From IMG/VR virus record IMGVR_UViG_3300046168_000026, positions 112,265 to 176,264 of that record: 64,000 nucleotides of DNA; one strand, 5' to 3'. Shown piece by piece: positions 30,236-40,665 of this stretch. Numbering within the stretch: the first letter of the stretch is position 1; each line of letters opens with the position of its first letter. This stretch comes from a virus. Position numbers and translations under genes: made by a program. Under the pieces are notes generated by a model. The model did not search any database, had not been told where the DNA came from, and was given only the letters and a program-made list of their open reading frames with translations.

Positions 30236-31555
30236 TTAAGAATAAATCCAAATAGTTTCATCATCAGTTCTTACATTAATAGTACCTACTCCTTGGAATG
30301 TTGGAGCGGTTGTTGGATTTGCACCCGTTGAAGTCTGAATATTACCTAATTTAGAATCTATATTTGCACTAGTTGCATTATGTGCTAATTCTTCGACAAA
30401 TCCGAAGTTACCAGTACCTGCGCCAGTTCTTTCCCAATAAATTGCGTGACCTGCTTGTGCAGTACCACTTGAACCACCAAATATAATACCAGCATCAGCA
30501 CCAGCTGAACCAGAATTGATAAGTATGAATTGGTCTTCTACATTTAAGTTTGCAACATTTAATTCTGTTCTTGAACCTTCAACAGTTAAATCACCTGTCA
30601 CTACCATATTTGCAAATTGTACATTAGAACTATTTGTTACACCTTGGTTCATTGCACCTAAGTAACCCCATTGAGTTGCTGAGATTGTTGTTGTACCGAT
30701 GTTCTCTAATTGTGCACCTTCGTCTGCAGTTAAGTTACTGATTTCAGTTACTGATGCTGCGGAGATTGAACCTGAATGTATTCCTGCACCCAATCCTCTA
30801 ACACCTGCTGCCGTAAGTGTAAATGCGTTTGCACCATCTGCTACATTTAATATACCTAAAACTTCTGATTTAGATAAAGCTTTTACTACACCATCTGAAG
30901 CTGCAGTTCTACCTACTATTGTGTCTGTTGCGACATTTTGTATTTTAGCAAAAGTAACACCACTATCTTTAATTCTTAGTGCGTCTGAGTTAAGTTCGAT
31001 TGTTGAATCGTCAACACCTACTGCTAATGAGATAGTTCCATTACTTCCTGTATTAGTAGTAAATGAACCACCACCTGATAAACCATTACCTGCAGTTACT
31101 GTTATTGTTGAATTTTGAACACCACCTAATGCAGATACCTGTGCTGATGAGGATACAATTCCTGCACCTAATGCTCTAATTCCTGCTGCGTCAGTTACAT
31201 CTGCTCCGTTTTCAACATTAATCAGTTCTAATACATTTGCTTTAGTTAATGCCGATGGAGCTGCAGTGTCCCCTGTTATATTACCTAAGATTGTATTGTT
31301 TGCAATACTTTCTATTTTTGCGAGTGTTACACCACCATCTTTTATACTAATAGTTTTTCCCGCCGCACCATCATATGTGGTACCCGAGTTAAGTTGGATT
31401 GTCGAATTATCTACTGTAAGACTATTTCCAACTTGAGTTGCTGTTGTTGCCGTTGTTGCGTTTCCGACTAAATTACCTTTGAATCCTACTGATGCAGAAA
31501 CTTCGGCTAAACTAGCTATCGAACCCGAGACAATGACTTTTTTCCATGTTGCCAT
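30236..31555 (-). CDS. Tail fibre-like protein
   Basis: 439 aa, Ala/Gly/Ser/Thr-rich, with duplicated IKD.GVT.AKI segments and VTGDLTVEG..VEDQFILIN; N-terminus MATWKKVIVSGS. Confidence 0.7.
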   Translation of the reverse strand: MATWKKVIVSGSIASLAEVSASVGFKGNLVGNATTATTATQVGNSLTVDNSTIQLNSGTTYDGAAGKTISIKDGGVTLAKIESIANNTILGNITGDTAAPSALTKANVLELINVENGADVTDAAGIRALGAGIVSSSAQVSALGGVQNSTITVTAGNGLSGGGSFTTNTGSNGTISLAVGVDDSTIELNSDALRIKDSGVTFAKIQNVATDTIVGRTAASDGVVKALSKSEVLGILNVADGANAFTLTAAGVRGLGAGIHSGSISAASVTEISNLTADEGAQLENIGTTTISATQWGYLGAMNQGVTNSSNVQFANMVVTGDLTVEGSRTELNVANLNVEDQFILINSGSAGADAGIIFGGSSGTAQAGHAIYWERTGAGTGNFGFVEELAHNATSANIDSKLGNIQTSTGANPTTAPTFQGVGTINVRTDDETIWIYS

Positions 31556-31662
31556 TTTGTTTTCCCTTTTAATTTATTTTTTTAAACATTATGATACACA
31601 ACCAATGCATCAATAGCGAAACTTCTTAAATCTATATACAATAAATATAGATTATTTTTTTA

Positions 31663-32325
31663 TTAATTACCTATCCCCATATAAAAGTTAGATGCTGAAT
31701 AAAACATTCCACCTTCTTCATATGTAGGTGTAGAACTTAATTCTTTAAACTTAATTACATTACTAACTCTAACGGAACCTGTTATATCTAAATTATTAGT
31801 AGTTGATTTGAAAGAACCTGTTGTTGTAAAGATTCCACCAAAACTTGAACCCGTAAAAGTATTTAATGCAGCAATACTTGTATTTGCTGAACCTGTAAAG
31901 TTATTTAGTGGTGTGATTACACTACTAACACCACCTTTAAATGTAGTTGAGTTAGTATCTAATGTAACAGTTGCTGCACCACTTGTTGCACCACCACTTA
32001 AACCATTTCCTGCTACTACACTTGTAATATCACCGGCACCACCACCGCCGCCACCACTAATACCTAAATTAGTTGTATGGAATGATGCGGAATCATCCGT
32101 TCCATCATAACCCGGCGTAGAAAATGCAACAAACTTTCTTGTAACATATAATTGTTCGGTATGTTCTACCCAAATTACCTGTCCATCTCTAAGTCTGTCG
32201 TGATATATGCCTGTCATGTCTGAAGCAGAGGGTACAGTAGTCCAACCACCTTGTACATATTGTACTGATGTGAATGAGCCCGAAGCCCCACTTCTTACAT
32301 AAATATCACCTGCCGTTGTTGCCAT
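31663..32325 (-). CDS. Virion fibre/decoration protein
   Basis: 220 aa, contains GDITSVVAGNGLSGGATSG and repeated NTFTGS. Confidence 0.6.
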   Translation of the reverse strand: MATTAGDIYVRSGASGSFTSVQYVQGGWTTVPSASDMTGIYHDRLRDGQVIWVEHTEQLYVTRKFVAFSTPGYDGTDDSASFHTTNLGISGGGGGGAGDITSVVAGNGLSGGATSGAATVTLDTNSTTFKGGVSSVITPLNNFTGSANTSIAALNTFTGSSFGGIFTTTGSFKSTTNNLDITGSVRVSNVIKFKELSSTPTYEEGGMFYSASNFYMGIGN

Positions 32326-32342
32326 TTATCTTCTTCCTTTTA

Positions 32343-35300
32343 TTATGGTGCTGACGCTGAGTCAGGCATTAAATAATATCTTGAGTTATTTGTATTTTCA
32401 CCTTCTGCAAAAATCATTCCCCATCTTGTATATCCTTCTACTGCATTTTCAGTATTGAAATAATATACACCTGTTCCAATTGTACCAGGTATTGATGAGT
32501 CTTTTGCATATACATAGTATTCGTTTGCAGTACCCGTACTATCCGGCGGTACTCCATCATACATACTTACAGGTTTACCACCTTGATTCGATGCTGATGG
32601 GAATACTACTACTAATCTTTTTGAACCACCACTACTAAAGTTTATATATCCAAAACTTGATAGACCTGTTGCGCTACTATCTGATAGTGTTGTTTTTGAA
32701 CTACTTCCAAATAATTGCATTGTACCACCAACATATGTTGGACTGAATGTTGTACCAAGTGAACCACTTTGTAATTTTGCAATTACTGAACCTGCTTCGA
32801 TTCCTACTCCATCACCACCACTATCACCCATAGATGCGATTGCAGCTGCTTCACTTGCCGCAGAACCACCATCCCAACCATAAACATATGTTTTCGCTAC
32901 AGGGTTAAGAATTGTTATACTTCTATTGTAACTTGTTGACTTATCAAAGTTGTCAAATACTGATGCGCTATAATTGTAAGTAACACCACTACTGATTATG
33001 CCTGTATTTTGTAGTTGATATGATGATGAGTTTGCATTTTGTGGTACAAGTTTTAAATTACCTGCGTGTGTTCCACCTAATGAAGCTGAGAATGGTGTAT
33101 CCGATTCTGTATCTGATATAGTAATCGTTGTAAGATTAGTTGATGCCGCAACTGATGCGGTCATGTTTGCACCTACTTCATTAAATGTTGCAGTTGGTGC
33201 TTGGTTTGCGAATACATTTACTGTTACCGAACCACTTCCTATATTATCAAATTGGTCTCTGTATGTTATTGTTGATGTAATTGCATCACCACTACCTGTA
33301 CTTGAACCACTAACATGAACTTTCATTGTTAAGTTACCACTATTGTTAATACCAATTGCGGCGTTGGATGATGTAAATGATTGAACTGCGGCTGAGTTAT
33401 ATTGTGGTGAATAACTTACTGTTAATTGAGATGCGTTACCATTTCCAAACCCAGTAGCGTCTCTAAGTACAGAACCACTAACTGCAGATTCTATAATATA
33501 TGATGTTGTATCACCACCTAAAGTACCGATTGGTGATTGAGCGATTGTTACACTATGTTTAGTAGTACCTGTTCTAAATCCATGACTATCTTTTATAGAT
33601 GCCGTCATTTGATAAGCAGAACCACTTAAATTATTTTTTGGTTGTACTAAATAAGTATCACCAGATTTATATGCATTTAATTGACCACTTGGGTCTGTAA
33701 AAGTAAATGAAGTATGGTTTAGTGAATCACTTTCTGTATCTGTAAATGATATTGTTGAAAGTGTACTTCCACTTCTTGCACCATTTGTATTTAAGTTTGC
33801 AGATGTGTTACTGAAACTTGGAACTGGTGCATTATTGATAACAACTGATATATTTTGATTTACATATTGTTTAGTTGTTTCGAATCCATGCTCTGATGCA
33901 GTTAGTTCTACTGCAATTGTACTTCCACTTGCGTATGCCGAACCACTTAGGTTATTTGCAAGTTCTAATGTTGTTGAAGAACCCGTTGCACTTGTTAATG
34001 TAATTAAATTACCTGTTGATTTAACTTCCCATCGTTGAGATGCCGCTGATGACCATTGTGCACTTGTTCCTGTTCTACCATTTGAGATAATTTTAATATC
34101 ATCACCACTTGTTGCAGATTCTATAACATATAAGTTACTCCAATTATCAGATATTGAGCTTGCCGCGTCATCTGCGATATTAATTCTAATTAAACCTGTA
34201 TCAGATGTTGTATTAAATGCGTCTTTTACTGTTACTTGGTAAAAATATCTATTTGCAACATCAGAATTTAGATAAACTCCATTCCTTCTTGTTACAACAC
34301 CTGCAGAACTACATTGGAATGGATTAGAATGTGGGTCATATAGTGAATTACCACCTAAAGATGAGGTAATATTTGAACCACCATCTAAATTTGCTTCTTT
34401 TAATGTAAAATTACTAAATACAATAGTATCACTCGTTGGGTCTGTTGCGGTTATTGTACCAACACTTGCACCATTACTACTATTTTCATTAATACTACCC
34501 AATGTTTGGTCATTTACTGTTGGACTTATGTTATCAACAACTTTTATTTGGAATGGTAAGTATGCAATTGCTTCAGTATCATCACCACTTACATAGTGTT
34601 CATCACTTGCAGTTAAAACTAACTCATATTTTGGTGTAGTTTCATAATCCAATGATGATGTTGTCTGATTTAACTGAACATATGTACTTGCTTTAGTAAT
34701 TGTAAATCCACTTGGGACTGAACCACTACCAATTGTGATTGTATCACTCTCATCATCGGTGAAATAAACTCTAACTTTGTTACTTGCCGCTGCTGAGTTT
34801 TCGTTTAGTGATTGTGTAAATGTAGTTACCACAGAACCACCGACTGATGTTTGTCTCCACTTCGGTGGAGTGTTAGGTGTTACCCTAATGTATATTGTTT
34901 TTGAACCAACACCTGCGAATGTATCTACTGCTTCTACTAAGAATGGATGTGAACCACTACCTGGTGTGTTATCAGTATTTAATGATGCCGTTGATTTTGT
35001 ATTTAGTGTTATAGCTCCATTTGATGCTATTCTAAATTTATCTGCCGTATAAGAACTTGCAGTTCTAAATGTAATCGATTGTCCTTCTGCGTCTGTTGCA
35101 CTAACAGTTCCAACAGAAGACCCACTTGCTACAAATTCACCAATTGTAAATCCAGTTGTACTAATTGATGGTACTGTATTTGGAAAGAATACCTTTTCAA
35201 CAAAGTCTGATAAAGAAGTAGTTGTTCCAAAGTTATTATTGTAAACACCTGATGGTAAGTCTGTATTTGATACGACTCGGTTTCCATCAAATGAAACAAA

Positions 35301-36602
35301 AGATGCGGTAGCTACCGACATTGAAGAAGTCTGATTGTTAGATATAGCTGACCCTGTAAAAGTATTCAATGCACTAATGTCGGTTGAACCACCACCGCTA
35401 CTACTACCCGTATTTGCGTTATCAATATAGATAACCCCACCCATATTTGCATGAGCAGTACATTGATAATATAAAACTCTTGGTGAATCGAATTGTACAT
35501 TCCAAGTTAATGTTCCATTTGAAACATTATTGTTTGTTATACCATCATTGTACTCAGAACCTGCCGAACCATTAGGAGTTGATTGAATCCTAAATGGGTG
35601 AGCTCCCATATTATTTATAAATTTATACTTTTGACCTCTTGTTAAATAAAGAGTTGGGTCATTTTCTGCACCTATTAAACCTGGACCAGTAAATGTGTAA
35701 TGACTATTCCCATCTGCACCCAATGTCCATTGTGAAGTATAGTTACTTAGTTCGGATACCGATGAGGAGTTAACACTTGTTATTGAAGATGATATTAACC
35801 CACTTGGTAATTGTACCGAAGATGATATTAACCCACTTGGTAATTGTACCGAAGATGATACCAATCCACTTGGTAATTGTACCGAAGATGATATTAACCC
35901 ACTTGGTAATGATACCGAACTTGTATTGATTGTAACTGTAACTGCGTTACCATCATTGGTTGCCGTAACTGCGTTACCTACAAAATCAAAACTACGAACT
36001 ATTTTACTTAGTGCAGTTCCTTCATCTGATGCAGTTATGTTTAATCCGGCTCCACCACCACCGCCACCTGAAAGTGATGATAAATCTACTGAATTTCCAC
36101 CTGAAATACTTAATGAGTTGTTTCCATCATTAAATGATAATGTTTGTTCTGAACCTGTACTATCTGTGGTTGAGAATCCTAATGCCGTTATTTGTGCAGA
36201 TGATGATATTGTTCCATCAGGAAGTGTATCACCACCACTACCAAATCCTGCGGCTGCAGCACTTGCCGATGTTAAATAACCGGCACCTTCAACATTTGTT
36301 AATCTTGTTGCTAAAGATGATGAGGTAGTACCAAACGCTCCTGATATTTCTGCTTTTGTGTAATTATTTCTTGCTTCTAATGATGTGATTCTTGTAGAAA
36401 TAGAACCTGATGTAATTGGATATACTTTTTGTCTAAAGTTATTTGCTGCAGTTATCGAGTTCTTTTGAAATGCAGTTATTGTTTGAGGTCTATTCTGTAT
36501 AGAATTATATGTTACTTGCGCAGATGATGATATTACACCATTAGATGATGTTATATCCCCAAAGAATGAACCGCTAAATGAACCTGAATAGTCGAATGGC
36601 AT
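32343..36602 (-). CDS. Large adhesin-like virion protein with a cupredoxin-like domain and cadherin/Ig-like repeats
   Basis: PTLYLTRGQKYKF..GAHPF..YYQCTAHANMGG; repeated GT(V/I).ATD.(E/T), LDYETT and TDTESD cadherin-like motifs. Confidence 0.7.
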   Translation of the reverse strand: MPFDYSGSFSGSFFGDITSSNGVISSSAQVTYNSIQNRPQTITAFQKNSITAANNFRQKVYPITSGSISTRITSLEARNNYTKAEISGAFGTTSSSLATRLTNVEGAGYLTSASAAAAGFGSGGDTLPDGTISSSAQITALGFSTTDSTGSEQTLSFNDGNNSLSISGGNSVDLSSLSGGGGGGAGLNITASDEGTALSKIVRSFDFVGNAVTATNDGNAVTVTINTSSVSLPSGLISSSVQLPSGLVSSSVQLPSGLISSSVQLPSGLISSSITSVNSSSVSELSNYTSQWTLGADGNSHYTFTGPGLIGAENDPTLYLTRGQKYKFINNMGAHPFRIQSTPNGSAGSEYNDGITNNNVSNGTLTWNVQFDSPRVLYYQCTAHANMGGVIYIDNANTGSSSGGGSTDISALNTFTGSAISNNQTSSMSVATASFVSFDGNRVVSNTDLPSGVYNNNFGTTTSLSDFVEKVFFPNTVPSISTTGFTIGEFVASGSSVGTVSATDAEGQSITFRTASSYTADKFRIASNGAITLNTKSTASLNTDNTPGSGSHPFLVEAVDTFAGVGSKTIYIRVTPNTPPKWRQTSVGGSVVTTFTQSLNENSAAASNKVRVYFTDDESDTITIGSGSVPSGFTITKASTYVQLNQTTSSLDYETTPKYELVLTASDEHYVSGDDTEAIAYLPFQIKVVDNISPTVNDQTLGSINENSSNGASVGTITATDPTSDTIVFSNFTLKEANLDGGSNITSSLGGNSLYDPHSNPFQCSSAGVVTRRNGVYLNSDVANRYFYQVTVKDAFNTTSDTGLIRINIADDAASSISDNWSNLYVIESATSGDDIKIISNGRTGTSAQWSSAASQRWEVKSTGNLITLTSATGSSTTLELANNLSGSAYASGSTIAVELTASEHGFETTKQYVNQNISVVINNAPVPSFSNTSANLNTNGARSGSTLSTISFTDTESDSLNHTSFTFTDPSGQLNAYKSGDTYLVQPKNNLSGSAYQMTASIKDSHGFRTGTTKHSVTIAQSPIGTLGGDTTSYIIESAVSGSVLRDATGFGNGNASQLTVSYSPQYNSAAVQSFTSSNAAIGINNSGNLTMKVHVSGSSTGSGDAITSTITYRDQFDNIGSGSVTVNVFANQAPTATFNEVGANMTASVAASTNLTTITISDTESDTPFSASLGGTHAGNLKLVPQNANSSSYQLQNTGIISSGVTYNYSASVFDNFDKSTSYNRSITILNPVAKTYVYGWDGGSAASEAAAIASMGDSGGDGVGIEAGSVIAKLQSGSLGTTFSPTYVGGTMQLFGSSSKTTLSDSSATGLSSFGYINFSSGGSKRLVVVFPSASNQGGKPVSMYDGVPPDSTGTANEYYVYAKDSSIPGTIGTGVYYFNTENAVEGYTRWGMIFAEGENTNNSRYYLMPDSASAP
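35758..35918 (-). repeat. Four 33-bp coding tandem repeats (SVQLPSGLISS)
   Basis: ccacttggtaattgtaccgaagatgata repeated in DNA. Confidence 0.85.
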
Positions 36603-36667
36603 CTATTTTTTCTCCAATTAAAATACTTTTACCTATATAAATAGTTTATTATTTTCAATAACTGAAA

Positions 36668-37336
36668 TTAATCATATGAAAATAATAATTTTAAGACTTC
36701 ATCCAAAGATTCGTGTCTATGGTTGTCTTTTAAGTTTACATTAAAAACAAATAACGATTCCTTCAGTTTATGAACTTCGTGTACCGCTGAGTCGTTTGCA
36801 AATTTTAAATCTATTTGTTGAGGGTCACCACATAACATCATTGTAGAGTGTTTACCCAAACGACCCAAGACCATAGCTAATTGTTGTTTAGTTAAGTTTT
36901 GAAACTCGTCTACTATAACTATTGAATTATCAAAAGTTCTTCCTCTAAAGTGTGATAAAGATACTAATTCAATATTCTCATCCTTTTCCATCTTTTCTAA
37001 GATTGTAGGTTTGTTGTAGACTTTTCTCATATTAGAACGAATTGGAACTAACCAGGGTTCCATTTTTTCATCTAATGAGCCAGGTAAGAATCCGTTGTCT
37101 TCATTTGATATGGTAGGTCTTGTTATAACTATTTTATTAACTTCTCGTTTAAAAAAACTATCAAGTGCAATCTGAACTGCTAATAGTGTTTTACCACTAC
37201 CTGCTTTTCCTAATATAAAATTAAATGGATGATTTCTTATTTGTGCTTTTGCTTGTTTTTGCTCTTCTGATAAACTTATTGAAAATCTAACATTTCCTTT
37301 TGGAGCTTTCTTCGCGATATTCTCTGCCATAGACAA
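36668..37336 (-). CDS. phoH: PhoH-like ATPase
   Basis: Walker A GKAGSGKT, plus GFLPG, FRGRTF, DEFQN, GDPQQIDL and HRH. Confidence 0.9.
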   Translation of the reverse strand: MSMAENIAKKAPKGNVRFSISLSEEQKQAKAQIRNHPFNFILGKAGSGKTLLAVQIALDSFFKREVNKIVITRPTISNEDNGFLPGSLDEKMEPWLVPIRSNMRKVYNKPTILEKMEKDENIELVSLSHFRGRTFDNSIVIVDEFQNLTKQQLAMVLGRLGKHSTMMLCGDPQQIDLKFANDSAVHEVHKLKESLFVFNVNLKDNHRHESLDEVLKLLFSYD

Positions 37337-37371
37337 TCCTCTTTTGGTTTATTATAAATATCCGTAGGCAT

Positions 37372-37401
37372 AAAAAAAAGGGTGACCGAAGCCACCCTTT
37401 T
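37372..37401 (-). terminator. Rho-independent terminator after major capsid gene
   Basis: GGGTGGC-TTCG-GTCACCC hairpin (cUUCGg tetraloop) followed by T8. Confidence 0.9.
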
Positions 37402-37427
37402 AATAACATTAAGTTATAATCTTATGA

Positions 37428-39089
37428 TTATCCGCTTATTGCCTCTAAACCATGACAAATTACTTTACCATAGAACTCACCTCTTACCATTTGTTTAGCG
37501 TAACGAGTCATTACACCTTTTCTTGGTTGGAAGTTAGTTGGGTCATACACAAGAGGAGTCATAATTAATGGAATGTATGGAGCGTAAACTGCACCAGTTT
37601 CCAAGAATTGAGAACCTTTGAATCCTAATAGAATTACATTCTCTTTCATGTATGGGTTTTTGTACACTTGGTATCTGTTAGCGAAAGAACCTACTTGGCT
37701 TACACCAAACGCAAATTGCATTTCGTTACCTGTACCATTTGACTGATAACCTGGAATAGACTCGATGATAGTAGCAACATCAGGAGATACTACCATAAAG
37801 TTTGCTCCACCTCTCATTGTCTTAGCGTGGATTTGGTTAGAAACTCTCTGTAACTGAGTACCTAAAGTCTGGAACCATTGTTGTTGAGTATATCTCTCAA
37901 CTGCTGCGTTAAGACCACTTGAAGTGAATTTACTACCATCCCAAGAATATCCGATTCTAGCAGACCACTTAGCTTCAGTTAAAGCGTTTTCCATTAACAT
38001 ATCTAAGATTTCTAAGTCAATCTCTTGTGAGATGTACTCAGATAACATAGAAGTTAATTCAGCTTCAGCGTCAATTGAGTGATAAGCGTTTAAATCTTGT
38101 GCGAACTCAGGAGTCCATTGTGCTTTCAACTTTCTTGTCTTAGCTACGATTGGAACACTTCTAAGTTCAACATTCAATTCTGGAATACCTAAGTCTGAAC
38201 CACCTGAAGTTGTGTCTTCAAAGTCACCTCTTGTAATGTCAGTTGGTTGCTTTTGGTATTTTACTTTAACACCAGCGATTGCGTTAGTAGCACCTACTAA
38301 TTTAACCATGAATGATACTGAGTTAGACCCAGAAACATTTGCTTTAGTGTATGCAGGATAGTAAGCTGCGATGTTAGAACCACTAATTTCGAATGCTCTT
38401 ACGCCTTCTAAATCAGCACCACTTAACGATGCGTTAGCTACTGTTACTCTTCTTAACAATGCTCTATCAGCTGCTGATAAAGATTGTGAGAAGCTTGAAT
38501 CATAATCGATTGCTGGGTCTAAAGCGACACCATTTGCGAATGATTCAGATGTAAATGTACTAGCTGCCGCTACTGCTCCAGCTGCTGCTTGAGTTAAAGG
38601 TCCAGATTCAGTCTCGTTGATTGAATATGCAAATCTTCCTGCTCCGTAAAGACCTTCACTTGCTTCACTTGCAGTTTCAGTTACACCGAATACTGAGTCA
38701 GTTTGTGAATCTTTACCTGCACCAGTTTCAAATCCTGGTTGTGCAGTACCATATTTAAAGTCTAAGTAAAATACCAGACCTGATGGTAAGTTCATTGGTT
38801 GTACGCTAACGAATTCTTTTGCAGCGATTTCGCTGAAAATTCTTCTAACCAATGGAAGTGCTACACCTGCCCACTCTTCAGAGTTTGCGGATGTACCTGT
38901 TGAAGAAGCTTCTTTTACTAATTCTCTTGCTTGGTTTTCAAGTAGAGTAGCAATAGTACTTCTTTCAAAATCAGACTCGATACCTTCTAAAAGGCCAGTC
39001 TTGTCCCACTTAGATACTAATCCTTTTGCCTCATCAGACATTTTCTTAGTATACCCAGCGGATTCGTTTAATAATGAATTTGTATCCAT
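37428..39089 (-). CDS. Major capsid protein (T4 gp23-like)
   Basis: Contains LPLVRR, VQPMNLPSGLVFYL, AKTRKLKAQWTPEFAQDLNAYH, YAPYIPL and FQPRKGVMTRYA. Confidence 0.95.
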   Translation of the reverse strand: MDTNSLLNESAGYTKKMSDEAKGLVSKWDKTGLLEGIESDFERSTIATLLENQARELVKEASSTGTSANSEEWAGVALPLVRRIFSEIAAKEFVSVQPMNLPSGLVFYLDFKYGTAQPGFETGAGKDSQTDSVFGVTETASEASEGLYGAGRFAYSINETESGPLTQAAAGAVAAASTFTSESFANGVALDPAIDYDSSFSQSLSAADRALLRRVTVANASLSGADLEGVRAFEISGSNIAAYYPAYTKANVSGSNSVSFMVKLVGATNAIAGVKVKYQKQPTDITRGDFEDTTSGGSDLGIPELNVELRSVPIVAKTRKLKAQWTPEFAQDLNAYHSIDAEAELTSMLSEYISQEIDLEILDMLMENALTEAKWSARIGYSWDGSKFTSSGLNAAVERYTQQQWFQTLGTQLQRVSNQIHAKTMRGGANFMVVSPDVATIIESIPGYQSNGTGNEMQFAFGVSQVGSFANRYQVYKNPYMKENVILLGFKGSQFLETGAVYAPYIPLIMTPLVYDPTNFQPRKGVMTRYAKQMVRGEFYGKVICHGLEAISG

Positions 39090-39110
39090 TTTGATTTCTC
39101 CGTTTTTAAA

Positions 39111-40256
39111 TTATTTTATTAGTCCTGCTAACTTCTTAAATCTGTTAGCAACTTCGTTACCTTCAGAGATTATTGATTTGCTAGGTGCAGTACTTGCAGT
39201 TGGTTTAGAAGCGATTCCTTCTTTAACAACAGTTTTCTTTTTTCTTGCAACATTTAAGTTTTCACCTAATGTAGCAAAAACAAGCTTAACTTCTCTTAAG
39301 TTTGCAGCTCTATCAAAGTTCTCGATAACTTTAACTTTTTGTGACTCATTCAAATCAAAAGTTCTGAATAATTTGTTGGTGTAAAGTAGTTTAGCGTTTA
39401 AAAGATTAACTTCGTTGATAGTTCCTTTTAAAGATTCGATAGTAGCGTATGCTTCTTCCAACTCTTTATTTTCTTCTTCAACTTCTTCAGTCTCTTCAAC
39501 TTCTTCTTCTTCGTTTACAACAGATTCTTCAACTTCTTCTTCTTCGTTTTCATCTACTTCTTCGTCTGACATTTCTTTTAATGTTTCAATGATTTCGTCA
39601 ATATTTAACTCGTCATCGTTTTCGATGTCAGAAGAATCGTTAGCATCATCAGATGGTTCAGCGTTTTCGCCGTCACCTAAATCAGATGAGTCAAGTTCTT
39701 CTTTTACTTCTTCTTCCTCTTCAACTTCTTCTTCGTTGATAGAAGCTTCTAATTCTTTAATTACAGATTCTAAATCAAGTTCGTCTTCGTCCATTTCATC
39801 TTCGTCCATGTCATTCATTTCGTCTGCAGGCGCTTCTTCTTCTGCTTCTTCAGCAGCTTCTTCTTCGTCATGCATTTCGTCTTCATGTCCATCAACAACA
39901 TCAGATGCGATGTCTTCGACTTCTTCTTTATCTTCTGTATCTAATTCCTCGTCAGCTACTTCCTCTTCAGATACTTCATCATCAGACTCGTCCATATCTT
40001 CGTTTTCGTCAGCTACTTCTTCACCTTCATAGGTTTCGTCAGCAACTTCCTCATCAGATGCCATTGCCATTTCGTCAGCAACTTCATCTTCTTCGATATC
40101 GTCTTCGTCTAATTCTTCAGCAATCTTATGAGATAACATTGATTGAAGTTTTGGAGTGAAGGCTTCTTCTAAGGCCATCTTTGCGTTTGCTAATGCAGTT
40201 TCTTTTACTGCCTTTGCGTCAGCGATAGCTTCTTTTAATAAATCAGATTTAGCCAT
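39111..40256 (-). CDS. Prohead scaffold/core protein (gp22-like, highly acidic)
   Basis: Glu/Asp-rich middle and a C-terminal EVNLLNAKLLY...RFKKLAGL; directly upstream of the capsid gene. Confidence 0.8.
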   Translation of the reverse strand: MAKSDLLKEAIADAKAVKETALANAKMALEEAFTPKLQSMLSHKIAEELDEDDIEEDEVADEMAMASDEEVADETYEGEEVADENEDMDESDDEVSEEEVADEELDTEDKEEVEDIASDVVDGHEDEMHDEEEAAEEAEEEAPADEMNDMDEDEMDEDELDLESVIKELEASINEEEVEEEEEVKEELDSSDLGDGENAEPSDDANDSSDIENDDELNIDEIIETLKEMSDEEVDENEEEEVEESVVNEEEEVEETEEVEEENKELEEAYATIESLKGTINEVNLLNAKLLYTNKLFRTFDLNESQKVKVIENFDRAANLREVKLVFATLGENLNVARKKKTVVKEGIASKPTASTAPSKSIISEGNEVANRFKKLAGLIK

Positions 40257-40284
40257 TTCTGTCTCTCCTTAATTAAATTTTGGA

Positions 40285-40355
40285 TAATAAGATTATTTGG
40301 AATCTTAATAGTGATTACTATTATAAAAATAAGTGACCACTCATTGGGGAGTGGT
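40285..40355 (-). promoter_or_regulatory. Three-hairpin 5' leader of the scaffold-capsid mRNA
   Basis: ACCACTC-CCCAAT-GAGTGGT, AATAGT-AATC-ACTATT and TAAGATT-CCAAAT-AATCTTA, lying between TATTTATA (40369..40376) and a TAAGGAG SD. Confidence 0.5.
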
Positions 40356-40416
40356 ATTGTGTTCGGTTTATAAATATAGGTCTAAAACCAAAAACAGTAA
40401 GTGTTTACTATTTTAT

Positions 40417-40665
40417 TTAATCGTTTGACCTAATTCTTCTTATATATTCTGCTCTGATAGCGTCCATCTTTTGTTTTCTTTTAACTGCGGATGGTTTTAT
40501 AAACTCTTTTCTGTCCTTAAGTTCTTGTAAGACATTTGATTCTTTAACTTGTCGTTTAAAAAACTTAAGTGCGGCTTCAATATTTCCGTTGATTACTTTT
40601 GCGGCTTTGAATTTACCAGGGATAATCATTTGTTCCCTTCTTACTTTTTTGTATCTTTTTTGCAT
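40417..40665 (-). CDS. rpsU: Phage-encoded ribosomal protein bS21
   Basis: V.NGNIEAALKFFKRQVKESNVLQELKDRKEFIKPSAVKRK matches the bS21 pattern. Location among head genes is as reported for bS21 phages. Start uncertain. Confidence 0.85.
   Translation of the reverse strand: MQKRYKKVRREQMIIPGKFKAAKVINGNIEAALKFFKRQVKESNVLQELKDRKEFIKPSAVKRKQKMDAIRAEYIRRIRSND

Noticed and set aside
39415-40159. Plus-strand Ser-rich ORFs, and other plus-strand ORFs throughout the window
   Set aside because: Antisense mirrors of biased minus-strand genes (e.g. GAA/GAT codons of the acidic scaffold).
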